Origin: an uncultured Gammaproteobacteria bacterium | GTDB taxonomy: Bacteria > Patescibacteriota > Microgenomatia > CAYXHB01 > CAZYTL01 | NCBI GenBank assembly: GCA_964650355.1 | Contig: CAZYTL010000003.1 | Location: forward strand, 1,750-65,749 | DNA length: 64,000 nt | Reading direction: 5' to 3' | Shown: piece after piece, positions 40,401 through 49,381 of the stretch | Layout: every line of letters begins with the position of its first letter | How positions within the stretch are numbered: the stretch's first letter is position 1 | The notes under the pieces: generated by a model | What the model was told of the DNA's origin: nothing | Seen by the model: only the letters and a program-made list of their open reading frames with translations | Databases searched by the model: none | Position numbers and translations under genes: made by a program

Positions 40401-41191
40401 GTCAGGAATATATGCAAACTAAATTCCTCAACAAACTCTATTGTGATATGTACGATGCCTCCGTGGTATCAGTTTATCTATTAAACAAAAATCGCTACAC
40501 TAGTACCTTCCCCGCTAATGGCTTTAGTGATAATGAATTTGTCTACAGCCAAGAATGCTTAACCGCCCCCTTAACTACCCCCACCCCGACCCTCACTCCA
40601 GCTACTCCTAAAACTCCTCCCGTTGACTCTTTAGCAGCCATCTTCAACCGTGCCTATCTCTCCGACCAAATCTCCCAATATCAAGGCGATCTTACCAAAA
40701 ACCTCGCTTTCTTAGATGCCACCAATAATTTCGCCCTCCAAGCCAATCTGGTCACCCCTTACTCTTCCCTCCTTGCCCTCGTTAACGAAACCCAAAGAAA
40801 CTGGCTGCAAAGAGAATCCCAATCCTACAATCGCTATGAAGAACAACCTCCTCAGCCCACCCCAGTCCCCATCTTTAGAGAATTCGAATCATCTGATGTC
40901 TTCTCTCCCTCTATCGGTATCGGCAATTCACTCTTTGGTACTAGCATGAAATCAGCTCCCGCCCCCCTGATGATGGGTGGCGGCGGTGGTGAATTCGGCG
41001 GCGTCAGCGGCGGCGGATTGGAAATTCCCACCACTACCGTTCAAGCCTTTTCCATCACCAGTGTGGGTGAGTTCATGGGCGGCCTCTTCATTGCCGTTAA
41101 CGTCCTCCTCCTCGGCGGCGGCTTCCTGGTCTATCTCATCATCCACCTTAAAAACCGCAAAAAAACAACCGCCATCAAACAAAATAAGTAA
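37484..41191 (+). CDS. Large integral membrane protein: NusA-N-like domain + multi-TM region + VIT-like domain + C-terminal TM anchor
   Basis: N-terminus resembles the NusA N-domain. About 8 TM helices. YEFSLP.SAVITDL, RRDPALLEQVGPRQYRLRVFPIP and VTPYSSL..LVN recall the cyanobacterial PEP-CTERM integral membrane protein family (TIGR02921-like). Confidence 0.75.
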   Translation: MPSEFSTLTDLALSHGIKHSELIDQIHEAILVEFLKKYPEQAKNASVLVDAQTGKATILSNKKDITPPEFAPHAESIARQVILSHLKKADTSPPPPPAEKIAPQPRILSQHPDSHPGKSVSSWLARLIFWGYNGFFLFMLFIFIWGLFTKDLRTSFLDQLQQISLYQSLLLLVLVATPATSIYLALKNHLSRQPHQLAQLFFFLEVPLIGLTFIFLSFDQAIPIIKLFALLALLIPILFFGYVKQIKVDNLPKTYLLTAIIQILLLIVGYFTLLYSFFSPIFLGYLAKSIFSGIVSDFTDYIFTNFVSISTLWEILYFLIIISLAIFGLIIVTLLIFLPYLLTYLFAKMFLQYRTRLLKYVDEQRTSVFIGLTTLAMLILTIGLSYQADISPYLSQLEQLSTATTFEDKLHIAQQLQPHQSAIKQTLQDMNNYGRRYPFHKNDRYLANAYQSVFRLDQTTANHLQSLFHTLAYPFVYWGPTDSYQLRQNFTYLFGNPDAPTPSQPKPNVELVSRDVQAQTAYQDQLATITVTEEYTNKTYQQQQVIYEFSLPNSAVITDLRLGPNLEFPGVIAPKGAASATYERELQRRRDPALLEQVGPRQYRLRVFPIPAKNDRTTLQGKNQKVQFTYIVNATSQGYTLPNYSKTQNINPDPADYTVSLNHQSVSAFISDAYIRDPQTNGPSTDPCQVTQTQTTKTLLENISVSLVPHSSQSQLTNNFDCQEDEALKFPSLLTNQRIALLYDVSRGNKNAEEYELFFKALDAHTQLLTQNTFDLYLFNDQLSQPIKLTNSNLTTTTSGPNLVYFGTSDLNKALKEFSGVYDLAIIITNQTTAFANLNLPSQFNFPIYLIHTDIIPPYNQTFTNYLIQHQGYVANNLSDALDHFVLTQNLQPSNTQVLTVSPYWSLTVPANSLPAITKLPEFTITQTPLPSPTPRINNNLVCGTYFRRKTSNTMVQGNWTDDPQYTISKQKCQEYMQTKFLNKLYCDMYDASVVSVYLLNKNRYTSTFPANGFSDNEFVYSQECLTAPLTTPTPTLTPATPKTPPVDSLAAIFNRAYLSDQISQYQGDLTKNLAFLDATNNFALQANLVTPYSSLLALVNETQRNWLQRESQSYNRYEEQPPQPTPVPIFREFESSDVFSPSIGIGNSLFGTSMKSAPAPLMMGGGGGEFGGVSGGGLEIPTTTVQAFSITSVGEFMGGLFIAVNVLLLGGGFLVYLIIHLKNRKKTTAIKQNK

Positions 41192-41225
41192 TTACTCTCT
41201 CCGCCGTTTACTAATTGCCGAATCT

Positions 41226-43202
41226 TCACCACCACTCCCCGCAGCCGCAATACGTATACCACAAACGAATATTAGCACTCGTGCAATATTGGGCCGGACT
41301 AGGTACCTCCATCTTTTTACCGCAATAATAATTTGGTCGAGAATCATTATAATCGGCCAAACACAACCGTCCCGAACCTCCCCAAGCATAATCTGAAAAA
41401 GTTGTTGTTTTATCCGTATTTGCAGCCACACAGGCTAGACCCTGGTCACCACAAATCTGATCACAAGACTTATTAGAGGCGCTGTTTAGTCTCCATTGTT
41501 GCACAGGAGGCGATGTTATTGGCCCTTCAACCCTCACTACAATATATCCATCGCCCCAATTCTGCTCTATCTGAGTGATCCTAATATCATTTACTTGGTC
41601 ATAAAAACTCTCCCCTGTTTCCAATGCCGCATCCTTAAAATCCAATTCAGCACTATCGCTCAATGGGCTGGTATCCACCAAGTGAGTATTGGCATAATAA
41701 CTCCGTTCACTCCAAATGTGAATATTAGCTCCTTTGGTAATCCCTACGGGTAATCCCGCATCATAACCGATCGGTTGCCGGTATGACACATAATAATCTT
41801 CATTAGTATCCGGCTTATGAATTCGCAAAATCCTGGGTGATGAATTAGTCATCTCCAAAGCATAAACCCTATAATCACCTTCAGCAACTACACTATCTAC
41901 ATCTACCCAACCCATATTGTATTTATGCGGCGCATTATATTGAAAAGTATTCCACAACCCCATCGTATCAGTCTGATCTCCGTATAAACAACTAATCACA
42001 TCACAATTTCCACCGCCTGCATAATCGCAATTTGCATAATCGTCTATTGCTAAAGGACCGCAATCAATCGCTGACGCGTGCGCATTACAAAGGTTATGTC
42101 CCAATTCATGAGTAAAATAATGCGTATCAATATAATTATTAAACCAAGTTCGCTTACCGCAAACTTCACCGCTCCCCCCATACGAACAACCATCTACCCA
42201 GGGAAAGATATACATCACATAATCATAATTTGCCGGGTTAAATCCTGCCTGACTGGCCTTTGAATCAGCAGCATCAGCCCAATCAGTCATATTACAAGCA
42301 CTATCTGAAGAATTAATTGTATACCAGCCGATTACATCACCGCTCAAAGTCAGCTTTCCATTGGAATTCTCCTGATAATAATTAACCAGAGAATTACTCG
42401 TCCCCAAAACATTCTGTCTCACCTCCTGCACCGTAAATGGTTGTCTCTGATTATTAGAAAAGTTTATCAAAATCGCCAATACTCGCTTCGCACCCGACAC
42501 CTTCTCCCTGGACTGGCTCACAATGTCCATGCCTCCCAATTGAGGGGGTACCACTACTGTGTTTGCCAACCTGTATCCGTCAACCTGAACTACGTCCCCC
42601 GTTCCCAATGCCGGAGATCGGGACGCAAAATATACCTTATAATCCTGACCGCTAACCTTGAAACTGTAAAACACCTCAGTTTGTTGCTGTTCAAAATCAT
42701 CCGTTGCCAACACCGACATCTCTCCTTCTCCGTTCCATCGCTGCTCAAGCTGATCAGTAATCTCTCCCGGCATCTCAGCCAGCTGCTCTGATGTATAAAA
42801 TAATCCATAAGCCTGAGCAGTATCCTCAGGAATCAATTCCAGTAGTACCTCCTTCCTGGCCGCGCTTACCTGTAACATTTCTTCCACAACCACTGCCTGT
42901 TGCTCCGGACCGCTCACCTCCCACTGGGCTTTCAGATCCAGTAAATCTTGTGTGTACCTTTCAGCCAAACCTTGCGTGTCAGGAGCCTCCACACAATCCA
43001 TTAAATTAACCTTACCGTCACTATTATAGTCATCAATCAACAACTCAGTCTCTCCGTAATTCGCCATCACCTTTCTGCACCCCGCCACTGATGATTGGGC
43101 CCCAGCTGATCTTACCACCAAAATAAACAATAATAACCCGCCCAAAACAGCAGCAACCATCTTCCTCATAATCCCAGCATACCAAAAAATCACTCTCATC
43201 AA
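41226..43202 (-). CDS. Secreted zinc metalloprotease (M11/M6-like) with dockerin/EF-hand-like motif
   Basis: HELGHNL..AH, YGD..DTMG, FQYNAPHK..MGW, DYNSDGKVNLMD, Cys-rich C-terminus, signal peptide. Confidence 0.8.
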   Translation of the reverse strand: MMRVIFWYAGIMRKMVAAVLGGLLLFILVVRSAGAQSSVAGCRKVMANYGETELLIDDYNSDGKVNLMDCVEAPDTQGLAERYTQDLLDLKAQWEVSGPEQQAVVVEEMLQVSAARKEVLLELIPEDTAQAYGLFYTSEQLAEMPGEITDQLEQRWNGEGEMSVLATDDFEQQQTEVFYSFKVSGQDYKVYFASRSPALGTGDVVQVDGYRLANTVVVPPQLGGMDIVSQSREKVSGAKRVLAILINFSNNQRQPFTVQEVRQNVLGTSNSLVNYYQENSNGKLTLSGDVIGWYTINSSDSACNMTDWADAADSKASQAGFNPANYDYVMYIFPWVDGCSYGGSGEVCGKRTWFNNYIDTHYFTHELGHNLCNAHASAIDCGPLAIDDYANCDYAGGGNCDVISCLYGDQTDTMGLWNTFQYNAPHKYNMGWVDVDSVVAEGDYRVYALEMTNSSPRILRIHKPDTNEDYYVSYRQPIGYDAGLPVGITKGANIHIWSERSYYANTHLVDTSPLSDSAELDFKDAALETGESFYDQVNDIRITQIEQNWGDGYIVVRVEGPITSPPVQQWRLNSASNKSCDQICGDQGLACVAANTDKTTTFSDYAWGGSGRLCLADYNDSRPNYYCGKKMEVPSPAQYCTSANIRLWYTYCGCGEWW

Positions 43203-43460
43203 CCAGTCTCTCAGTCAATCACATCGGCTTCATAAATTAGTTACTTTCCTAATCCCTCAGTAATTATCTTCATCTCCCTAACATATTGTCTCCTTTACCC
43301 TAGGCATATCAGAATTCTTTCAATCAGGTTCTGTCCGCAATACAGTAAACCCTCTCTCCGAACAATGCGCCATCCACCTCATATCTAACCACCGCTATGG
43401 ATTCCCAATCTAAAGTATTCATTCTCATTTGAGAAATTAATTCAATCCCAAAGGGAACCC

Positions 43461-44495
43461 TTAGTGATTAACTTTCAACCGATACCCCTTTCCCTTTACA
43501 TTCTCCAGCTCAAACCTCCCTTTCAGCTTCCTCCGCAACCGCGACATCTGCTTATACAACGCCCATAAAGAAAACTTCTCCTCGCTCATCTCCAACATAT
43601 CCGCCAACTTATCCACCGACAATACCTTTCCTTGATTCTCTTCCAACCAGGTAAAAATCCTCTCTTCGGTTCTAGTTAAATTTCCATACATCTGTTCCGC
43701 TATCTTACTCCTGTATCTTTGAACAAAATAATCTCTCAACAACCCAGATCGAATCCGATTATCCTCATCAACCAACTTCAAATCCTGCAACTGTTTAGTA
43801 CTTAATTGTACTATCAACTTTGTCAAATAATTCAACTGAAACAAAATCCCTGAATTTGATTGAAAACCCTCCAAATCGTCCAGCTTCATCTGTCTCTCTG
43901 CCATATTCTTAGGAATCCGCTTCAGTAATCTCCCAATTCCACCGGACAATTCATAAATCCGCTCATAATCCTTCTCTGCTATCGGCCATCCATAATAATC
44001 ATTCGTCACCCTCAACATCGTAAATGCTGCATGTTTATCAAACGGGTCAATCCTAAAACCCGCATTCACGAAAATCCTTGAATGGGCAAAATACCATTCA
44101 GGATGAATAATTCCGGTATGATCAGTGGAAATCAAAAACACTAATTTCTCAGGGTGTGGTTGTCGCAACTCACTTAAGGCCTCTGCGAGATCACTCTTAT
44201 TAGGCACATTTTCAAACCATCTAATTACCACTAAAATTCGTTCGTTTTCAGATTCCAAGGCTAATTTGATCCTCTCAACAATATCCGTGTCTTTACCTCC
44301 ATTGAAAAACAACACCTGATCAAAGACTTCGTCTTCCTCAAACAAGCGCAACAAAAAATTAATTGCTGTATTCAAACCGCATCCCCCTACGGCTGAAATT
44401 GACACATTCTCTCCCTTCAACAACTTCTCACTCACCTTAATATACAGATTATTAAAATAATCTCTTGGCAAACACTGATAGTAAGTTTTATTCAT
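43461..44495 (-). CDS. Degenerate STAND/AAA-like domain plus OmpR/PhoB winged-helix regulator
   Basis: AVGGCGLN (degenerate Walker A), SGGIG, LTRTEERIF..L...GKV, SLWALYKQMSRLRRKL, VKGKGY. Confidence 0.78.
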   Translation of the reverse strand: MNKTYYQCLPRDYFNNLYIKVSEKLLKGENVSISAVGGCGLNTAINFLLRLFEEDEVFDQVLFFNGGKDTDIVERIKLALESENERILVVIRWFENVPNKSDLAEALSELRQPHPEKLVFLISTDHTGIIHPEWYFAHSRIFVNAGFRIDPFDKHAAFTMLRVTNDYYGWPIAEKDYERIYELSGGIGRLLKRIPKNMAERQMKLDDLEGFQSNSGILFQLNYLTKLIVQLSTKQLQDLKLVDEDNRIRSGLLRDYFVQRYRSKIAEQMYGNLTRTEERIFTWLEENQGKVLSVDKLADMLEMSEEKFSLWALYKQMSRLRRKLKGRFELENVKGKGYRLKVNH

Positions 44496-44514
44496 GTCCA
44501 AAATATGTCCAAAA
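44494..44514. promoter_or_regulatory. Direct repeat (11-bp period) overlapping the start of the wHTH gene
   Basis: ATGTCCAAAA-T-ATGTCCAAAA. Confidence 0.55.
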
Positions 44515-44608
44515 GCAAACAGATAAAAGTCAAGAAAACGGCTAACTACGATTGCTAAATTTAATCACTAACATCTAATTATACCGTCAAAAACAACCAT
44601 CTCCAAAA

Positions 44609-45550
44609 ATGCCAGGCAAGTACCATCAAGAATCATTATCACTAGACAGACTACTTCTCCATTTAAAAAGAACTAAACCATCATCACCCGAGGTCATAAC
44701 TAGTGAAAAAATCATCTCCCTGATATTTAACCACGCTCAACTATTTGACACTAACTTTCAAAGAGTCAAGGGCGCACGCTTAGTTCAGTTGCTATTAAAA
44801 GAATATCAACAATCTCCTCATGAACAAACTGGACAATTCAAAAGACCTGAACCTGCCCGTTTTCGCCCCCTTAGTCCCTTGACCATTACCGACTTTACCC
44901 ATTTGTCATTAAGCGGCCAAGAATCGCTACAGGATTATCGCAGCGATGATCAGTTTGTCTACGAACAACAAGGACACCCAGGCGTGCTTCATATTAGAGA
45001 CTATCTCAACTATTACTACATTCGACTAATTCCCAAAGGTTGGTCGACTGGCATCACCCCATTAGCCCTATTTACTACTCCAGATGGAATCATCCCCGCA
45101 GCCTGTCTCCAACTAGACCTGGAAATATCACCAGACAATTGGAAGGACGTAAGAGAAGCAATCACTGGTAGAACAAAAGTAGATAGCCATCGTCGTTTTC
45201 CATTCCATCTAGGACACTCATTATCGTCAGGCACTTTTATTGCCAGTTCACCCACAGGCACTCACTTTCATAGCCATATTTATTACCCTTGTACTCCAGA
45301 TAGCCAATTAACAATTGCCAGCCAAATAGGAACTGCCTTGTTAATGAATAAAGAGCACCAACCTCCAATAGTAGACCCTAGACAACTCGGCCACACACTC
45401 AGAAGCTTACCCAATCGAGTAGCCTATGGATATAACTTCACTCTCCCGCCTGACCCAGAACTAAACTGCCTAAGAATTGTTGCCAGCCAGTTAAAACCCT
45501 ATTGTCCGTATCCATTAGCAACAATTAGTTCCAGAAATTTTATTCATTAA
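44609..45550 (+). CDS. Hypothetical protein
   Basis: 313-aa ORF; HFHSH resembles an HIT-like motif (weak). Confidence 0.6.
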   Translation: MPGKYHQESLSLDRLLLHLKRTKPSSPEVITSEKIISLIFNHAQLFDTNFQRVKGARLVQLLLKEYQQSPHEQTGQFKRPEPARFRPLSPLTITDFTHLSLSGQESLQDYRSDDQFVYEQQGHPGVLHIRDYLNYYYIRLIPKGWSTGITPLALFTTPDGIIPAACLQLDLEISPDNWKDVREAITGRTKVDSHRRFPFHLGHSLSSGTFIASSPTGTHFHSHIYYPCTPDSQLTIASQIGTALLMNKEHQPPIVDPRQLGHTLRSLPNRVAYGYNFTLPPDPELNCLRIVASQLKPYCPYPLATISSRNFIH

Positions 45551-45573
45551 TTCAATCTTCTTTAGCAAAAATC

Positions 45574-46275
45574 ATGCCCACCCAAGAGAGATTTCCGGCT
45601 ACAGTATCCGTCGCTCTGCTTCTCACTCACGGTAGAAGTAAACGGCTATTACTCACCAGGCAGAAATCAGATCAAGAACAATGGGGACTAATCGCAGGTG
45701 GAGTCCAACAGGGAGAAACTGCATGGAATGCTATTGTCCGTGAAACTTGGGAGGAAGCTAGAATTAAAGAACAAAATATCATTTTCGTCACCGGATGGAA
45801 CAGCCTTGAACCTCACGTAGCGCTAATTAGAGGCCAGGATAAAATCCGCCTAGGCTTAGTCTTCGATTCCACCTACAGCGGCCCCCGTATATCTTTGGAA
45901 GGATGGGAAATATCAGATGATCCCAAGGTAGACCGGGTAAAATTCTTCCGCTGGCAAGAGATTCTCCACCTACTTGAAGATCAATCAAGAATTTACCGGC
46001 CTGAATTTAACTATCCTCAACTCCTCAGATGGCTATTAAAAGATCTTGGCCATAACCCCCATAGAACAATTACAGTCGACCAGTGGTTGCAAACCAATTT
46101 TCAAACCATCCCCGGACTGCAGCCCAAAACAGACAGCCCGAATAGTCAGCCATTCAAGTTAGCTGACCGCTGGGAATACTACTCTCCCTATAACCAGTGG
46201 ATGAAAACACCCGGAATCCATGGACAGGCTACCCGAACCAACTTTGCTAGACCAAGGTGGAAACCTAAACCTTAA
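45574..46275 (+). CDS. NUDIX hydrolase
   Basis: Nudix box GGVQQGETAWNAIVRETWEEAR. Confidence 0.85.
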   Translation: MPTQERFPATVSVALLLTHGRSKRLLLTRQKSDQEQWGLIAGGVQQGETAWNAIVRETWEEARIKEQNIIFVTGWNSLEPHVALIRGQDKIRLGLVFDSTYSGPRISLEGWEISDDPKVDRVKFFRWQEILHLLEDQSRIYRPEFNYPQLLRWLLKDLGHNPHRTITVDQWLQTNFQTIPGLQPKTDSPNSQPFKLADRWEYYSPYNQWMKTPGIHGQATRTNFARPRWKPKP

Positions 46276-46341
46276 AAATTCCATCACCGCTCAAACCTTA
46301 TCACCCACCCGACTACTACGTTATTTATCATCTATTGGTCT

Positions 46342-47328
46342 TTACTTCTGGCACACCGGGCACCAAAACGTCCCCCTTCCTCCCAACGTCACCCGCTTAA
46401 TCTCGCCTCCGTCTTTCCTCAAACAAGCCTCCCCTTCCCTCTGATACGCCTTAAAATGCTCCTGATACTTACCTCCCAAACCTTGCAAATCAAGATACTT
46501 TCCGTCCTGCGCCGTGGCCCCCCCATACTTAATGCCCTCTTCCAACACCTTAATCGTAGCCACCCGCAACGCCTCCGCTTCGTTGTCGCTCAAACTGTTC
46601 GCTGGTCTCTGCGGATCAATCCCTGCTTCCCATAACGCATCATTTGCATATATGTTTCCCACCCCTGCTATCTTGTCCTGATCCATTAATCTTAACTTAA
46701 CAGCTTTCTTACTCGATTTGAATACTTTAGCCCATTCTTCAGCCCCAAACTCACTCGGTTCTTTCCCCAATTTGCTAATAAATGCCCCCTTCTCCACTTC
46801 TGCGGTTGGCACCACCTTTACCCATCCAAAAATCCTCTGGTCATTAAAATATAATACCCCGTCACCATCAGCTTTTAGCTTTGAGCTATTAGCTTTTAGC
46901 TGGTGATTTTTCGCTTGAAAGCGAAAAATCACCCTCGTGTGCTTACTCGGCAACACGCCCACAAAATCCCCTGTGGGATGACCCCCTGCCACCCGATGCC
47001 TTAAATGCTCTACACTCCCTACCCCATGCGGTTCATAAATCAACTGTCCTGTCATCTTCAGGTGAATAACCAAAGATAAGTTGTCAGTTTCGAATTTTGA
47101 GTTTTTATCTATAACTCTTCGCTTTTCGCTATTCGCTATTCGCTTTTGTAAATCTATTACCAGTGCCTTCCCAAACCTCCTCACTCCTACTACCTGGCAA
47201 CCAATCACGGCTGCTTTATCACCCATAAAACTCTTCTCCTTCACTACCTCTACCTCATCAATCACCTTCCCCACCAGCACCTCATCCAACTGTCTCTTAA
47301 TCGTTTCCACCTCAGGTAACTCCGGCAT
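46342..47328 (-). CDS. mutM: Formamidopyrimidine-DNA glycosylase
   Basis: MPELPEVE, RFGK, HLKMTG, DQRIFG, AGVGNIYA, RGTFWCPVCQ. Confidence 0.96.
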   Translation of the reverse strand: MPELPEVETIKRQLDEVLVGKVIDEVEVVKEKSFMGDKAAVIGCQVVGVRRFGKALVIDLQKRIANSEKRRVIDKNSKFETDNLSLVIHLKMTGQLIYEPHGVGSVEHLRHRVAGGHPTGDFVGVLPSKHTRVIFRFQAKNHQLKANSSKLKADGDGVLYFNDQRIFGWVKVVPTAEVEKGAFISKLGKEPSEFGAEEWAKVFKSSKKAVKLRLMDQDKIAGVGNIYANDALWEAGIDPQRPANSLSDNEAEALRVATIKVLEEGIKYGGATAQDGKYLDLQGLGGKYQEHFKAYQREGEACLRKDGGEIKRVTLGGRGTFWCPVCQK

Positions 47329-47392
47329 AACACTGATTCTAAGCCATTCTGTCTTACAGAACAACCTCTTGTAATTCAGACATCAACCATCA

Positions 47393-47713
47393 TTAATGTA
47401 AATGGCTGGGGCAGCCACTACCAGGTTCCCAAACCAACTCTGGATTCAGCGCACAACGTCTAAAAACACATTCCACCGTTTGAAAATCTCCATCAGAACT
47501 ACAAATCCGGTGACAATGAGCACCAAAAGGTGAACCGGCAGGCTCACAATCCCAAATCTCCAATCCTTCACACCAACTAGGTATCCCCATAATTCTACAA
47601 GATCTCTCCATCAAACTTTTATTTCCAAATACCAATAATCCCAGCACCATTAAACCAACAAAGATAAATATCAACCCCATCATCTTCTTATCCATAAGAT
47701 CAGCATCAATCAT
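47393..47713 (-). CDS. Small Cys-rich membrane-anchored protein
   Basis: N-terminal TM followed by 8 Cys. Confidence 0.55.
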   Translation of the reverse strand: MIDADLMDKKMMGLIFIFVGLMVLGLLVFGNKSLMERSCRIMGIPSWCEGLEIWDCEPAGSPFGAHCHRICSSDGDFQTVECVFRRCALNPELVWEPGSGCPSHLH

Positions 47714-47718
47714 TCAGT

Positions 47719-48837
47719 CTACTTTATCTTAGCATATTCCCTCTCCACCAACTCTCTCATCTCCTTCTCAAACCTCTCCCGACTGAACTTCTCCGCGTGC
47801 TTCCTGCAATCACCCACTCGGTAATTATCAGCCTTAAACCTTTGCAAACACTTCACTAGTCCTTCCACCGAATAATCATGGAAAAATGTCCCCGTCTTCC
47901 CTTCCACCACCGTCTCCAAATATCCTCCTCCGGCATAAGCCACCACTGGTCGGCCAGCAGCCATCGCCTCCACCACCGTCATCCCAAAATCCTCATCTGA
48001 AGCCATTGCCAAATAGGCCTTACATCCCCCATACAACCTCCACAACTCTTCTTCACTCACCCACCCCAACCATTCCACTTTCTCCCCCGATGCCTTCTTC
48101 CATCGCCGCTCATTCCACCTCAATCCCGCCGGTTCTCCCACAATCTTAACTGCCAAACCCAGCTCTTTAGCCGCTCCCAACAAAATATCCCATCCCTTGG
48201 CTCCCACCACCCTGGATACCACCAAATAATAATCCTCCACCTTCGCCGACTTAGTGGCTTTAGCGATCTTCTTCACCTCCACCGGCGGATAAATCACTTT
48301 TGCCCCTAGTCGATAAAACTTCTCAATCCTCTCCTCTACCACATGAGAATTAGCCACAAACTCGTCCACCCTTTGCGCTGCCAAATAATCATACTGTCGC
48401 AAGTAATGAATTAACAACTGACCATACACCCTTACCGGCCAAAACCTCTTCCATTCTACCGCCGTTGGGTAACCATACAAAAACTTTGGTGGTGTATGAC
48501 AATAACAAATATGCGCCGTATCCGGTTGCGTTAGTACCCCTTTAGTAACATAACCAGAAGCCGAAGAAATCACCACATCATAGCCAGATAAGTCAAAACT
48601 CTCCCAAATCAAAGGTATCAAAAACCTCAATGGACTATGCAAATTCCATCTCTTGATTAACCATTCATGCTTCCAGGCAATTACCTTTCTGTCCTTAAAA
48701 GCCTCTGCCGCACTCGATCCAGGCGTCACAAACGCCGTATGAATCGGCGCTTCCGGCCACATCTCCGCCAACACCCGCAACACTCTCTCTGCCCCCCCAA
48801 ATTCCTTCAAATAATCATGCACCAACGCTACCTTCAT
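47719..48837 (-). CDS. Glycosyltransferase family 4
   Basis: VALVHDYL..FGGAERV, YCHTP, EDFGMTVVEAMAAG.PV. Confidence 0.93.
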   Translation of the reverse strand: MKVALVHDYLKEFGGAERVLRVLAEMWPEAPIHTAFVTPGSSAAEAFKDRKVIAWKHEWLIKRWNLHSPLRFLIPLIWESFDLSGYDVVISSASGYVTKGVLTQPDTAHICYCHTPPKFLYGYPTAVEWKRFWPVRVYGQLLIHYLRQYDYLAAQRVDEFVANSHVVEERIEKFYRLGAKVIYPPVEVKKIAKATKSAKVEDYYLVVSRVVGAKGWDILLGAAKELGLAVKIVGEPAGLRWNERRWKKASGEKVEWLGWVSEEELWRLYGGCKAYLAMASDEDFGMTVVEAMAAGRPVVAYAGGGYLETVVEGKTGTFFHDYSVEGLVKCLQRFKADNYRVGDCRKHAEKFSRERFEKEMRELVEREYAKIK

Positions 48838-48853
48838 AAATTATGGTTTCTTA

Positions 48854-48954
48854 TTGACAATTCTACCAAAATATGGATAATAATACTTGCTCTGCATCAC
48901 CCCCTGATGCAGAGCACGGAGCGCTTAACTGCAAGGTCAAGCGCTCCATTTTTT
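48854..48954 (+). ncRNA. Candidate small RNA: promoter, two hairpins and a U-tract
   Basis: TTGACA-N16-GATAAT; 12-bp perfect stem at 48888-48916; GCAA-capped stem at 48918-48947; T6. Confidence 0.5.
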
Positions 48955-49327
48955 GACAACCATCTCTTCTTTCTTAATAATAAACTTAGTGTTCTTCAAA
49001 CTAATTTCCACTCTCGTAACCGCTCCAGTTGAACTCCTGGGTTCATTACTAGTAGAAATCATCCTCCTTCTCTTCTTCTTTAACGTTCCTCAAGTTTTAT
49101 TCCTTATCCTTATAGGTATCATTCTGCTCCAAAAACTCATTCTTAAAAAAGACATACCTAAGGTTCTTCAATATCTACTTATTTTTGTAATTTCATTAAA
49201 TTTAATCTTTATCCTATCCAACATCTATAGTGGATACCAATATAATCAAATAAAGAGAAAACCTACTAACTGGATAGCATTAATCAAAGGCACTCTCTTG
49301 AACACCCCGAAACCATTAAACTTCTAG
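48953..49327 (+). CDS. Hypothetical membrane protein (start uncertain)
   Basis: Hydrophobic AT-rich ORF with a TTG start. Confidence 0.4.
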   Translation: MTTISSFLIINLVFFKLISTLVTAPVELLGSLLVEIILLLFFFNVPQVLFLILIGIILLQKLILKKDIPKVLQYLLIFVISLNLIFILSNIYSGYQYNQIKRKPTNWIALIKGTLLNTPKPLNF

Positions 49328-49381
49328 CCCCAAACCAGAAGCATCATCTCAACATCTTCAACTATCTTCCTTGTGCTCATC

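Noticed and set aside
48918-48947. tRNA-Cys fragment (CTGCAA loop)
   Set aside because: No D-arm, T-arm or acceptor stem; a GCAA-tetraloop hairpin explains it better.
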